In this document: in pieces, positions 20,368 to 30,612 of the stretch | How positions within the stretch are numbered: the first letter of the stretch is position 1 | How the letters are laid out: the number at the start of each line of letters is the position of its first letter | Assembly: GCA_022844165.1 (NCBI GenBank) | Contig: JALHMH010000010.1 | Coordinates: 32,001-96,000 of the forward strand | DNA length: 64,000 bases | Reading direction: 5' to 3' | Source: Lysobacterales bacterium | Lineage (GTDB): Bacteria > Pseudomonadota > Gammaproteobacteria > Xanthomonadales > SZUA-5 | Position numbers and translations under genes: made by a program | The notes under the pieces: model-generated | Told to the model about the DNA's origin: nothing | The model's database searches: none | What the model saw: only the letters and a program-made list of their open reading frames with translations

Positions 20368-21215
20368 CTAATCGATCCGCAGCCGTTTGAGCAGCCGCGA
20401 TCCGGAGAAAGCCGCGCGGCCGTGTAGCCAGCGATGGTTGTCGATGACCAGCAGCTCACCCGATGACAAGCGAATGCGAAACGCCTGGGACATCAAGTGC
20501 TCGCCGATGCAGTTCAGCCAAAACGTATCGGAGGGCGATCCGATTCGCACGTCCTCGGCGCTGAATCGCCAGAATGTGCCGACGGTTACCGATTCGCCTG
20601 CGGCATAGGCAAATCGATATTGCGCTAAGGCAATTTGCAGAACTCGGCAAGCTGTTTCCATCGCGTGCGAACCATCGACCAATAAAGTCTCGCCCCCGGT
20701 TGTTGCAGGCTGCCAACAATGCAGCATGACGTAGCGGCAGGGTTCGGCGAGAAAACTCAAATCGGTATGTGGCGCAAAAAAGTCTGAGTTTGCCGACCGG
20801 AGCGGCTTCCCATAGGCATCGCGAAGCATCCCATCGATTGGCGTGACGCGTTGCAGCCCAGGTTCCTCCCACAAGTCTGAGTGTCGAGTGAGTCCGCGAG
20901 TGCAAGCGCGGCCGAGTTGCTGCGCGAGAGTGATCAAGCGCGCGTTGTCGAGCGGCACATCGCGAATTCTAACGAGGCTTTGCCTCAGACCGCCGAGCAT
21001 TGCTGGCTTCGCTCGACAGCGTACTTGCCACAACCCCCATTGAGCGCTGCGCGCTCAATCGCCCCCTTAATTTAAGGGGGCTTCAACAGCCAAAGCCGCT
21101 CCGAAGAAATTTGACTCAATTGACAAGATCCAGCTCCATCAAAGACTCTGGCAATGCCATGTTCGGCAAGCGCCTTTGGTCCATCAGCCCAGGACGAGTA
21201 CTCAAGTGCCGCCAC
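20368..21215 (-). pseudogene. TauD/TfdA-family Fe(II)/2-oxoglutarate dioxygenase, apparently interrupted by a 179-bp insertion
   Basis: Main part has HTD, GGETLLVDG and IDNHRWLHGR motifs; N-terminal piece (GTG 21215, ...KALAEHGIAR) rejoins IRDVPLDN in frame once 179 bp are removed. Confidence 0.65.
20973..21081. repeat. dispersed hairpin repeat, copy 2 (longer form with palindromes)
   Basis: 20973-21050 matches copy 1 in inverted orientation; adds ATTGAGCGC-N3-GCGCTCAAT and GCCCCCTTAA-T-TTAAGGGGGC (21061-21081) inverted repeats. Confidence 0.88.
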
Positions 21216-22488
21216 GAGCGCCGTCCAATATGGGCGCGAGCAAAGCCAGCGTGCGCGGGACTGCGCCGCGCTCGCGTTCGACGACGTCGAAGGCTGCATC
21301 CGCCAGTTGTCGCGCGAGCTGCGGATCGCCGAGCACGCGGATCAATTGGGTTCCGAGCTGGACACCGTTCTGCACTCGAATGAGTGCCTGATGGTCGAGC
21401 ATGGTTTGACAGATCTCGGCAAAGTTGAAGGTGTGCGGACCGGTGAGCACCGGCTTTCGTAAAGCTGCCGGCTCGAGCACGTTATGCCCGCCGATCGGGT
21501 CCAGGCTGCCACCGACAAAAGCGGCGTCGCTGCAAGCGAAAAATCGTAGCAGTTCACCCATTGTGTCGACCACAAAACACTGCGAATCGATGCCTGCGAC
21601 GGTGTCCTCGCTGCGCGAGCTGGTGCGGAAACCGAACGATCGACAGAGTCCGATAGCGCCTCGGAAGCGCTCCGGGTGACGCGGCACCAGGATCAACAGC
21701 GCATCGGGGAAACGGCCGAGTACGCGCGCGTGCGCTTGCAGAACCGCCGCTTCTTCGCCCTCATGTGTGCTGGCGGCAACCCAGACCGGCCGCAGTGCGC
21801 CCCAGGACTCGCGCAGGTTTGCCGCTTGCGCCTTCAGATCGGACGGCACTGCCATGTCGAACTTGATATTGCCCACGACCTGCAGTCTGGCTTCGAACAC
21901 ACCCAGACGGCGAAAGCGCTCCGCATCGCCGTGCGATTGTGCGGCGACGAGACTCGCACAGCGCACGGCATCGCGCATCAACGATATGGCCGGACCATAG
22001 CCACGCAGGCTGCGTTCGGACAAACGCGCGTTGGCGATGAAAATTGGTATGCCAGCGCGCTGGCAGGCGAAGTACAAGTTTGGCCAGATTTCAGTTTCCA
22101 TCACCAGTGCGATGCGCGGCTTTGTCCGCGCCAGAAAGCGCCCGACGGCGCTCGGCAGATCGTAGGGCAGATACACATGAAAGACACGGTCGCCAAGGCG
22201 TTTGCGCACGCGTTCGGAGCCCGTGGGCGTGATCGTTGTAACCACCATTGTGTCGTTTGGGTGTGTGGCCAACAGTGCTTCGATGAGCGGCATTGCGGCG
22301 TTAAACTCGCCCACCGACACCGCGTGTACCCAGATCGATGAGCTGATGTCGGCATTGAACCAGCCGAAGCGTTCAAGCCAGCGTTTGAAGTAGCCTCGGT
22401 TGCGCAACCCACGGAATGCCAGGCGATACAGAATCACCGGCATCGCCAGGTACATCGCCAGCGTATAGAGATGCCGCTTCAGCGCCAC
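21202..22488 (-). CDS. waaA: 3-deoxy-D-manno-octulosonic acid (Kdo) transferase
   Basis: IWVHAVSVGE, YLPYD, METEIWPN, NARLSERS, GNIKFD, ASTHEGEE, VPRHPERF, GGHNVLEPA; GTG start chosen. Confidence 0.96.
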   Translation of the reverse strand: MALKRHLYTLAMYLAMPVILYRLAFRGLRNRGYFKRWLERFGWFNADISSSIWVHAVSVGEFNAAMPLIEALLATHPNDTMVVTTITPTGSERVRKRLGDRVFHVYLPYDLPSAVGRFLARTKPRIALVMETEIWPNLYFACQRAGIPIFIANARLSERSLRGYGPAISLMRDAVRCASLVAAQSHGDAERFRRLGVFEARLQVVGNIKFDMAVPSDLKAQAANLRESWGALRPVWVAASTHEGEEAAVLQAHARVLGRFPDALLILVPRHPERFRGAIGLCRSFGFRTSSRSEDTVAGIDSQCFVVDTMGELLRFFACSDAAFVGGSLDPIGGHNVLEPAALRKPVLTGPHTFNFAEICQTMLDHQALIRVQNGVQLGTQLIRVLGDPQLARQLADAAFDVVERERGAVPRTLALLAPILDGARGGT

Positions 22489-22540
22489 GACTCCCGAAAA
22501 AGTTGCCAGTATAGGGTGCTGAACATGACTTCCTTTGACC

Positions 22541-23443
22541 ATGACGACAGGCGACAAGCAGCTAGGCTATTGGCAGCCAAAGTATTGGCCGACGCGGCTC
22601 GCACTCTTCATGCTCAAGTGTCTGGCGCGCTTGCCGCATCGTTGGGTCCTGGCCATCGGTGCGGCGCTGGGTTGGATGGCGCTGCGCCTGATGCCCCGGA
22701 GGCGGCGCCTCATCGCCAGCAATATCGAACGTTGTTTTCCAGAGCTCGATCGCGTGTCGCAGACTCGGTTGATTGCCGCAAATGAGATCGAAAGTGGTCG
22801 CATGTTGGCATCCTTCGCCTGGGCCTGGTTTGCGCCAGCGCCGGCTATCGCCGCCCTGCCGGTGCGCTTTACGGGGTTGGAGACGTTGGATCGATTGCGT
22901 GCGCAGGGGCGAGGCGTTTTACTCGTCGGTGTGCATTTTTCGCATCTGGAGCTGTGCGCGCGATTACTGACGACTCGTGTGCCGGTGGCGGGCATGTATC
23001 GCGAACATAGCGATCCGGTGATGGAGTGGATGGTACGTCGATCGCGCTTGAAGTACGCCAGCGCGATGTATCGGCGCGACGAACTGCGCGGCGCCATCCG
23101 CCATCTGAAGCAGGGCGGTGTGTTGTGGTACGCCCCAGACCAGGCTTACCGCCGGGGCGACCATGTGACGGCGCCGTTTTTTGCCATTCCGGCGCCGACA
23201 CTGACGGCAACGCATCATCTTGCGCGCCTGACGGGCGCTGCCGTTGTCGGGTTTGCACATCGGCGAGAGGCGCGCGGCTACGAGATCGAACTGCTGCCCG
23301 CACTCGAAGACTTTCCCTCTAAAGATGCGTTCGCGGATACCTCGAGAGTCAACGCGATGCTGGAGCGGATCATCCGCCGCGCGCCAGATCAGTATCTGTG
23401 GTTGCACGATCGGTTCAAGCCCAGCGCTCCGCCGGCGGACTGA
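22541..23443 (+). CDS. lpxL: lipid A late (lauroyl/myristoyl) acyltransferase, LpxL family
   Basis: PKYWPT, HF...E, WYAPDQ, FF..PA.T and PDQYLWLH.RFK motifs; divergent from waaA. Confidence 0.88.
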   Translation: MTTGDKQLGYWQPKYWPTRLALFMLKCLARLPHRWVLAIGAALGWMALRLMPRRRRLIASNIERCFPELDRVSQTRLIAANEIESGRMLASFAWAWFAPAPAIAALPVRFTGLETLDRLRAQGRGVLLVGVHFSHLELCARLLTTRVPVAGMYREHSDPVMEWMVRRSRLKYASAMYRRDELRGAIRHLKQGGVLWYAPDQAYRRGDHVTAPFFAIPAPTLTATHHLARLTGAAVVGFAHRREARGYEIELLPALEDFPSKDAFADTSRVNAMLERIIRRAPDQYLWLHDRFKPSAPPAD

Positions 23444-23586
23444 CACACACAAGGCGTTTCCACTAATGCGCGGCTGATCTCAGTTGTTGACCTTTGCATC
23501 GCGTTTGGGAAACGGACTGACCTGTCAATTCCACGCGCCCATGCCATACTCGAAAGCTGAATTGCTGGAGTCACGGAGAACTCAAG

Positions 23587-24888
23587 ATGTCGAACACCAT
23601 CGCCATTGTGGATTCGCGCAACGGCAAACAGGCTGATCTGCCGATCGTATCCGGCGCGCTGGGTGATCCAGCAGTCGATATCGCCAAGTTAAACAAAGAG
23701 TTGGGGCTGTTTACGTACGACCCGGGCTTTGTCTCGACCTGCAGTACGAAGAGCGCCATTACCTACATCGATGGCGACCAGGGCGTGTTGTTGTACCGTG
23801 GGTATCCAATCGATCAACTTGCGCAGCATTCGAGCTTTCTGGAAGTCGCGTATCTTTTGATCCATGGCGAGTTGCCGAATCCGAACCAGCACCGGGAGTT
23901 CGAGCATCACGTCACGCATCACACGATGATTCACGAGTCGCTGAAGCTGTTCATGAATGGCTTCCATTACAACGCGCATCCGATGGCGATGATGGTCGGA
24001 ATCGCGGGCTCCCTCGCGGCCTTCTATCACGATTCGCTAGATCCGGAAGACCCGCAACACCGCATGATCACCGCGATCCGACTGATCGCGAAAATGCCGA
24101 CATTGGCAGCGGCGTGCTACAAACATTCGGTCGGCCAGCCGTACGTCTATCCGAAAAACAACCTCAGTTACTGCTCGCGATTCCTCGACATGATGTTCGG
24201 CGTTCCAGCCGAACCTTATGAGGTCAGCCCAACGGCCGCGAAGGCACTCGACCTGCTGTTTATCCTGCACGCGGATCATGAGCAGAACGCGTCGACGTCG
24301 ACGGTCCGCCTCGTGGGTTCCACAGGCGCCAATCCGATCGCGTGCATCGCAGCCGGTATCGCTGCATTGTGGGGCCCGGCGCACGGCGGTGCTAACGAGG
24401 CCGTGCTGAAGATGTTGAACGAAATCGGCGACAAGTCGAATGTGGCCCGAGCAGTCGCGCGCGCCAAAGACAAGAACGATAATTTCCGGCTGATGGGATT
24501 TGGTCATCGCGTCTATAAGAACTTCGATCCGCGCGCCAAGATCATTCGGGAGATGTGCCACAAAGTACTCAATGAACTGGGCATCCACGACCCGTTGCTG
24601 GATGTTGCGATGGCACTGGAAGACGTCGCGCTCAAGGACGATTACTTCGTCGAACGAAAGCTCTATCCAAACGTCGATTTTTACTCCGGCATCATTTACA
24701 AGGCACTGAAGATTCCGGTCGAGATGTTCACCGTGATGTTCGCGATTGCGCGCACCGCAGGCTGGATTGCACACTGGCTGGAGCAAAACGCCGCAGGCGA
24801 CGTCAAGATCGGCCGCCCGCGTCAGATCTACGTCGGCCACAAGCCGCGCGATTACGTGCAATTGGCGCAGCGCCAGGATCGCTCATGA
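23587..24888 (+). CDS. gltA: citrate synthase (type II)
   Basis: [45 protein letters not shown]. Confidence 0.98.
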   Translation: MSNTIAIVDSRNGKQADLPIVSGALGDPAVDIAKLNKELGLFTYDPGFVSTCSTKSAITYIDGDQGVLLYRGYPIDQLAQHSSFLEVAYLLIHGELPNPNQHREFEHHVTHHTMIHESLKLFMNGFHYNAHPMAMMVGIAGSLAAFYHDSLDPEDPQHRMITAIRLIAKMPTLAAACYKHSVGQPYVYPKNNLSYCSRFLDMMFGVPAEPYEVSPTAAKALDLLFILHADHEQNASTSTVRLVGSTGANPIACIAAGIAALWGPAHGGANEAVLKMLNEIGDKSNVARAVARAKDKNDNFRLMGFGHRVYKNFDPRAKIIREMCHKVLNELGIHDPLLDVAMALEDVALKDDYFVERKLYPNVDFYSGIIYKALKIPVEMFTVMFAIARTAGWIAHWLEQNAAGDVKIGRPRQIYVGHKPRDYVQLAQRQDRS

Positions 24889-25060
24889 AGCTCGCGCGGT
24901 GTTTCCAGGACGATTGGAAACACCGCAGTCCGTGCCTTTAACGAGCGGGCATTGCCCACATCGCCCGGCAGCAGTCGCTTTGGAGAAGATTTGATTCTGG
25001 CGACGCGAGGGTATTCACGCCTTTTAACAACCTGATGCCGATACGTTGGTGACACTACGC

Positions 25061-25090
25061 TTGCACCTGCAAACAGGCATCGCGTATGGT
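25061..25090 (+). promoter_or_regulatory. putative sigma70 promoter upstream of rfaH and the glycan locus
   Basis: TTGCAC-N18-TATGGT about 30 nt before the rfaH start. Confidence 0.45.
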
Positions 25091-25120
25091 CTGTTCACCG
25101 CGTGAACACATGGCACAACG

Positions 25121-25624
25121 TTGCAGTCCTGGTTTGCAGTGATGACCAAGCCTCGTTGTGAGGCCGAGGCGCAAATCTGCCTGATGCGGCAAGGTTTCGA
25201 GTGTTTGTTTCCGCGTGTCAGGCGGCGAGTTCGGGCTGCCACTGGCATGGTGGTTCGCACCGAGTCCTTGTTCCCGCGTTACCTTTTTCTGAAATCCGAT
25301 CCTGGTCTGCAATCGCTCGAGCCTGTGCGCAGTACCCGCGGCGTCTCGGGGATCGTGCGTTTTGGCGGCTGGCCAGCCGTGGTTCCGCCACGCGTGATCG
25401 AAGCTATCGTCGATCGTATCGATCAGGACGACGGCTTCGTGAAGTTGCGCAGTCCGGATCTGATTCGTGGGGCGACCGTGCGCATCAACGAAGGCCCGTT
25501 TTGCGGCTTCGACGCGATCTTTGAAAGCGAGATTGGAACCGATCGCGTTGCGCTGTTGCTGAACATGCTTGGCCACGAGCGTCGCGTCATCGTAGAGCGC
25601 GAGGCCCTCGGCCAACGAATCTAG
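25121..25624 (+). CDS. rfaH: transcription antitermination factor, RfaH/NusG paralog
   Basis: WFAVMTKPR.E, ESLFPRYLF, VRSTRGVSGIVRFG NGN domain; KOW domain GATVRINEGPF; TTG start. Confidence 0.9.
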   Translation: MQSWFAVMTKPRCEAEAQICLMRQGFECLFPRVRRRVRAATGMVVRTESLFPRYLFLKSDPGLQSLEPVRSTRGVSGIVRFGGWPAVVPPRVIEAIVDRIDQDDGFVKLRSPDLIRGATVRINEGPFCGFDAIFESEIGTDRVALLLNMLGHERRVIVEREALGQRI

Positions 25625-25660
25625 TTCGCGGCGAGCCGTGCGGATCGCTGCAGATTCAAG

Positions 25661-25693
25661 CCTTGCGGGGCTACACCGTAGGGCGGCAGCCTG
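25661..25693 (+). promoter_or_regulatory. JUMPstart-like leader with ops-like element
   Basis: Hairpin CCTTGCGG-GGCTACA-CCGTAGGG running into GGCGGCAGCCTG (25682-25693; ops consensus GGCGGTAGnnTG, one mismatch), directly after rfaH. Confidence 0.75.
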
Positions 25694-25778
25694 TTTGCTG
25701 CTCTGCCTTTCCCATCGGGTGCTGCAATCGTATCCACGATGTGTGCGCACTGTGCTTTGTATTTAACGGGCCATCTTT

Positions 25779-26120
25779 CTGCTCGACGACGAAACACGAT
25801 ATCGCCTGCTGCGGCTCTTGACCGAGCACCCAAGGTTGTCGCAACGCGAGCTTGCGAGCGAGTTGGGTTTGTCCCTGGGCAAGACGCACTATTGCTTGCG
25901 GGCTTTGATCGAACGAGGCTGGGTCAAAGTGCAGAACTTTCGCAATAGCCAAAACAAGCTTGCCTACGCTTATGTGCTCACACCCGCCGGCGCCGGCGCA
26001 AAGGTGCGCACAACAATCGAGTTCTTGAAGCGCAAGCAGCAGACATTCGACGCATTGGCCAAAGAAATTGAACGCTTGCGAGCGGAAGTCGACAGCGCGC
26101 GCGGCGATATTGCAGGGTGA
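25779..26120 (+). CDS. MarR-family EPS-associated transcriptional regulator
   Basis: LSQRELA.ELGLSLGK.HYCL.ALIERG.VK..NF.NS.NK..Y.Y.LTP.G signature; frame extends to CTG at 25779 (LDDETRYRLLRLL); first TTG at 25818. Confidence 0.9.
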   Translation: MLDDETRYRLLRLLTEHPRLSQRELASELGLSLGKTHYCLRALIERGWVKVQNFRNSQNKLAYAYVLTPAGAGAKVRTTIEFLKRKQQTFDALAKEIERLRAEVDSARGDIAG

Positions 26121-27760
26121 ACGAGCCAGATTTCTTCCACGTGTCGCGCCGATTCGTTGGATTGGTCGGCACGCAGCACTATCAGACTTTGGGCTTGTCC
26201 CTGGCGGCGGCCAGTGCCGAAGCGATCGGCGTTGGCCTCGCTTTGCCGCTACTGGAATCGCTCGACGCGTCGACCCGGGAGCAGCTGGTTTGGTTGTGCG
26301 CGATTTCATCGCTGGTGTTCGCCAAAGCTGCCTTGAGCTACTTTGCGATGGCCCGACTCGGTGAGCTGCGTGCCCAACTGGGCGCGACGCTACAAGAACG
26401 GCTGCATATGGCGTTACTGCAGGCCCCGTTCGCTACTTATCTGCGCGATGGGGCTGCGCGTTGGCAGTTTGCCTTCGAGCAAGTGCCTTATGCCGTTGGC
26501 GCCTACCAGAGTTTTTGTTCGATGCAGGTCGGACTGATCCATGCGTTGATGTATTTGACGGTGGCGTGCTGGTTGAGCCCGGCCTTCGGTCTTGCTGCCC
26601 TGATACTCGCGGCTGTGGTCTTTGTCGGTTTTCGGTGGCTGCATCGCCGTACACACGCGCAAGCTGAGGCGTTGATGAAAGCGCAAACACGCCTGACGGC
26701 ATTGGCGCTGGAGTGGCTGCGTGGCATGCGCTACCTGCGCGCAACAGGGTCGGCCGATGTGATGAGCGAGGAGCGACGCGATGTTGTCCAGCAAGTAGCC
26801 GTCGGCGAGTCGCGCCTGGCGCAGTTGCTGGCTGTCGGCCATGCGTTGCGCGAACCCGTTGTATTGCTTGGGTTGATGGTCTTGGTCGCGATTTTCCTGA
26901 CGGCAGGCAAGACAACGCTCGCAACGGTACTGGTCGCACTGTTGCTGTTCTACCGTGCTGCGAATGCGCTGCTCGGGGTACAACAGAGTTGGCATGGTGT
27001 GTTGGCTCAGGAGCCAGCGCTTGCTGCCATTGAGAGCCAATTCGCGCGGCCTGTGCTCACGCGCAACGCGGCAAGCGTGCCGAGTCATTTCGAAGTGCAT
27101 CTCAAGGGTGTGAGTTTTGCGCATCCCGGTGCGACGCCGCTGGTGAACGAAGCGAATTGGCGATTGCTCGCTGGCCGTTGGATTGGACTCTGCGGCGATT
27201 CCGGCGTCGGCAAATCCACACTATTCGACATCGTGTTGGGTTTGCAGCGACCGCAGCAAGGCAGCGTCCTGGTGGGTGGCATGGAACTGGATCAGATCGA
27301 TCTCGATGCGTGGCGCGCACACGTCGGCTTTGTGCCGCAGGAAGCGTGGATCAAGAGCGATACACTGGAGCGCAATATCGCGCTGCGACAAATCGGTAAC
27401 GGTGCCGAACATGCCTCGCGCCTTGCGAGCGTGTGTCGTCGCGCCGATCTGGTTGGCACCATTGCTGCCCTCCCCGCGGGAATTGCGACGAAAGTCGGCG
27501 AGGGCGGAATCGAGTTGTCGGGCGGCGAACGTCAGCGGGTTGCATTGGCACGCGAGTTGTATCGGCAGCCCAGGCTGCTGATCCTCGACGAGGCCACCAG
27601 TGCGCTCGACGCAGAAAGCGAGGCGCGCTTGCTAGCTGCGTTGCGCGCCGAACAGGGTGATATGTGCGTGGTACATGCATCGCATCGGCAAAAGCCGTTA
27701 CAAATGGCCGACGAAGTCTGGCGGCTGGTGGATGGACGTTTGATACGGGAAACGAATTGA
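26117..27760 (+). CDS. ABC transporter, fused permease-ATPase (PglK/MsbA-like)
   Basis: N-terminal TM domain; [32 protein letters not shown]. Confidence 0.88.
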   Translation: MNEPDFFHVSRRFVGLVGTQHYQTLGLSLAAASAEAIGVGLALPLLESLDASTREQLVWLCAISSLVFAKAALSYFAMARLGELRAQLGATLQERLHMALLQAPFATYLRDGAARWQFAFEQVPYAVGAYQSFCSMQVGLIHALMYLTVACWLSPAFGLAALILAAVVFVGFRWLHRRTHAQAEALMKAQTRLTALALEWLRGMRYLRATGSADVMSEERRDVVQQVAVGESRLAQLLAVGHALREPVVLLGLMVLVAIFLTAGKTTLATVLVALLLFYRAANALLGVQQSWHGVLAQEPALAAIESQFARPVLTRNAASVPSHFEVHLKGVSFAHPGATPLVNEANWRLLAGRWIGLCGDSGVGKSTLFDIVLGLQRPQQGSVLVGGMELDQIDLDAWRAHVGFVPQEAWIKSDTLERNIALRQIGNGAEHASRLASVCRRADLVGTIAALPAGIATKVGEGGIELSGGERQRVALARELYRQPRLLILDEATSALDAESEARLLAALRAEQGDMCVVHASHRQKPLQMADEVWRLVDGRLIRETN

Positions 27761-29034
27761 TGAATCAGGTTGCGAAGGAAATCGTGGCGGTCATCGGCCT
27801 GGGGTACGTCGGCTTGCCGCTGGCGGTTGCGTTCGGCGCGCGGCGAGAGACGATCGGCTTCGACATCGATGCATACCGGATCGATGAGTTGGGACGTTGC
27901 ATCGATCGCACCGGCGAGTGCACGGCAAGCGAATTGCGCGCTGCAACCGAACTCACGCTGACATTCGACCCAAAAGAACTGCGCGCAGCAAGGGTGTACA
28001 TCATCGCCGTTCCCACGCCAGTCAATCAGCACAAATGGCCGGACCTGACGCCGCTGATCGGCGCCTCGAAAATCGTGGCCGCCGTGCTCAAGCGCGGCGA
28101 TGTCGTGATCTTCGAATCGACCGTCTACCCGGGCGCAACCGAAGAGGTTTGCGTGCCGGTATTGGAGAAGCATTCGCGCCTCAAGTTTCGTAAGGACTTC
28201 GAGGTCGGCTACAGCCCCGAGCGTATCAATCCCGGTGACCGCACGCGGCGCCTGCCGGACATCGTCAAGGTCACTTCCGGATCGAGTCCGGAGGCGGCGG
28301 AGTTCGTCGATGCGCTGTACCGCGAAATCGTTCCCGCGGGTACGCACCTGGCGCCCAGTATTCGCGTCGCCGAGGCGGCGAAGGCCATCGAGAACACCCA
28401 GCGAGACGTCAATATTGCGCTGGTCAATGAGTTTGCGCAGCTGTTTTCACGCTTAGGCATAGACACCGAAGCTGTGCTTCGCGCCGCCGGAACGAAATGG
28501 AATTTCCTGAAGTTCTGGCCAGGTCTGGTCGGCGGCCATTGCATTGGAGTCGACCCCTATTACCTGGTGCACAAAGCGCAAGAGGTTGGCTTTCATCCGG
28601 AGTTGATCCTTGCAGCCCGGCGCATCAACGAGGGTATGAGTGCGCACGTGACCGGTGAGGTGCTGAAGCTGATGGCGCAGCGGCGGATCAACATCGTTGG
28701 ATCGCGAATCCTGATCCTCGGGCTGACCTTCAAAGAGAACTGCGGTGATTTGCGCAACACCCGCGTCGTCGAAATTGTCCACGCCTTAGAGAGCTACCAC
28801 GCGATCGTCGATGTTCACGATCCGTGGGCAAATGGCAATGAAGCGCGCCATGAATACGGCATCGAGTTAAGCGACGTGAAACCGGGCGCTTACGATCTGG
28901 TTCTCTTGACTGTGGCGCACCGCGAATTCGTCGCGCTTGGGGAGGCTGGAATTCGCCTTATGTTGAAGCCCGGAGGCATCGTTTTCGACGTCAAGTATGC
29001 GCTGCCGGCGGCCGTGACGGACGGTCGATTGTGA
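27760..29034 (+). CDS. UDP-N-acetylhexosamine 6-dehydrogenase (TviB/WbpO-like)
   Basis: GLGYVGLP, ESTVYPGATEE, SPERINPGD, AKAIENTQRDVNIA, GLVGGHCIGVDPYYL, GLTFKENC.DLRN. Confidence 0.93.
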   Translation: MNQVAKEIVAVIGLGYVGLPLAVAFGARRETIGFDIDAYRIDELGRCIDRTGECTASELRAATELTLTFDPKELRAARVYIIAVPTPVNQHKWPDLTPLIGASKIVAAVLKRGDVVIFESTVYPGATEEVCVPVLEKHSRLKFRKDFEVGYSPERINPGDRTRRLPDIVKVTSGSSPEAAEFVDALYREIVPAGTHLAPSIRVAEAAKAIENTQRDVNIALVNEFAQLFSRLGIDTEAVLRAAGTKWNFLKFWPGLVGGHCIGVDPYYLVHKAQEVGFHPELILAARRINEGMSAHVTGEVLKLMAQRRINIVGSRILILGLTFKENCGDLRNTRVVEIVHALESYHAIVDVHDPWANGNEARHEYGIELSDVKPGAYDLVLLTVAHREFVALGEAGIRLMLKPGGIVFDVKYALPAAVTDGRL

Positions 29035-30038
29035 GGGTGTTGGTCACCGGCGCGGCTGGATTTATCGGCTATCACGTGTGCGAAGCGTTGTTGGCGCGTG
29101 GCGATCAGGTCGTCGGCATTGACAATTTGAATGACTACTACGATGTGCGGCTCAAACAGGCGCGCCTCGCGCGGCTGCGAGCGCATCCTGATTTTCTGGC
29201 AGCCATTGGCGATCTTGGCGATCGCGCATTTGTCGAAGAGCAGTTTCGCAAGCATCGGCCGCAACGGGTGGTCAATCTTGCTGCTCAGGCCGGTGTTCGC
29301 TACGCCGCAGAAAATCCCCATGTGTACGTGCAAACCAATATCGTTGGATTTCTGCACATCATCGAGGGCTGTCGCCACTACGGCGTCGAGCACCTGGTGT
29401 ATGCATCGTCCAGCTCGGTTTACGGCGCAAACACCGCCATGCCGTTCTCCGAGCATCAATCGACGGAACACCCGCTGACCTTGTACGCGGCCACAAAAAA
29501 AGCCAATGAGATGATGGCGCACAGTTACGCCAATCTGTATGGCTTGCCGTGCACCGGCCTGCGCTTTTTTACGGTGTACGGTCCCTGGGGGCGCCCGGAC
29601 ATGGCGCTGTTCTTGTTCACCCGCGCGATCCTGGCCGGGGAACCGGTGAAGCTGTTCAACGGTGGTCGCCATCGCCGCAGCTTCACTTATATCGATGACA
29701 TCGTAGCCGGTGTGGTGCGGACGCTCGATGCTGTACCTGCAGGCGCCGCGACATGGAGCGGCTCGCAGCCGGATCCGGCGACCAGCGCGGCGCCGTATCG
29801 CATCTTCAATATCGGCAGCACCGACTGTGTCGATCTGTCGCGTTACATCGAACTGATCGAACGTTGCCTGGGTCGTCAAGCGCGGCGTGAGATGCTGCCC
29901 TTGCAGCCGGGCGATATTCCGGACAGTCATGCCGACTGCGCCGATCTGGCTGTTGAACGTGGCTACGAGCCGCGCGTGACAGTGGAGCAGGGCGTGCCGC
30001 TGTTTGTCGAGTGGTATCGCGGCTACTATCGGTGCTGA
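29031..30038 (+). CDS. NAD-dependent epimerase (UDP-glucuronate 4-epimerase-like)
   Basis: GAAGFIG, NLAAQAGVRY, ASSSSVYG, YAATKK, FFTVYGPWGRPDMA. Confidence 0.93.
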   Translation: MRVLVTGAAGFIGYHVCEALLARGDQVVGIDNLNDYYDVRLKQARLARLRAHPDFLAAIGDLGDRAFVEEQFRKHRPQRVVNLAAQAGVRYAAENPHVYVQTNIVGFLHIIEGCRHYGVEHLVYASSSSVYGANTAMPFSEHQSTEHPLTLYAATKKANEMMAHSYANLYGLPCTGLRFFTVYGPWGRPDMALFLFTRAILAGEPVKLFNGGRHRRSFTYIDDIVAGVVRTLDAVPAGAATWSGSQPDPATSAAPYRIFNIGSTDCVDLSRYIELIERCLGRQARREMLPLQPGDIPDSHADCADLAVERGYEPRVTVEQGVPLFVEWYRGYYRC

Positions 30039-30340
30039 GACGTCGGCGCCGCGAGGCGCCGCTATTGCACTGTCCGGCGAACACTGATCGGCGTCAGTCG
30101 TTCAGCTCTTCCCAGCGCTACCATTCTTCTTCGTCAGGCAGTCATTGCACATCGCTACTATCGAATCTCGCCAATTTGCGACTGTGATGCCTCGCCAAAG
30201 ACAAGAGACAAAGGTCCGTTACTTTGGTGGCTTCGAGCAAATCACGGTCGACGTTGAGCGTCGTACGCGCGGCGAGATCTTGACATCAGTGTGCATCAAT
30301 GTACCGCAGCATCTGTCCGAGCTTTACGACCCTGGCTAGA

Positions 30341-30365
30341 TGATATATCTTTATGGTGTATATCA
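30341..30365. promoter_or_regulatory. inverted repeat, putative VapB operator
   Basis: TGATATA-N11-TATATCA 13 nt upstream of the vapB ATG in an AT-rich patch. Confidence 0.65.
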
Positions 30366-30378
30366 ACTGGACTCCGCG

Positions 30379-30612
30379 ATGGAAACAGCTCGAGTTTTCT
30401 GGTCAGGCCGTTCCCAGGCCATTCGCTTACCCAAAGAGTTTCGCGTCGACAGCGACTCGGTGCGCATTCGTCGCCACGGAGCCAGCATCGTGTTGGAGCC
30501 AATCGCCCGAGACTGGGACTGGCTCGATGCGTTGTCCGGAGAATTGGATCAGGACTTCAAGACCGCGGCCCTTGCCCAGCCGTCCCCACAAGAGCGTCAA
30601 GACTTCTTTTGA
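30379..30612 (+). CDS. vapB: AbrB/MazE-type antitoxin (VapB/VagC)
   Basis: ARVFWSGRSQAIRLPKEFR and IVLEP motifs. Confidence 0.93.
   Translation: METARVFWSGRSQAIRLPKEFRVDSDSVRIRRHGASIVLEPIARDWDWLDALSGELDQDFKTAALAQPSPQERQDFF

Noticed and set aside
30061-30339. Short ORFs or gene remnant upstream of vapB
   Set aside because: No recognisable motif on either strand; may be a decayed gene but cannot be supported
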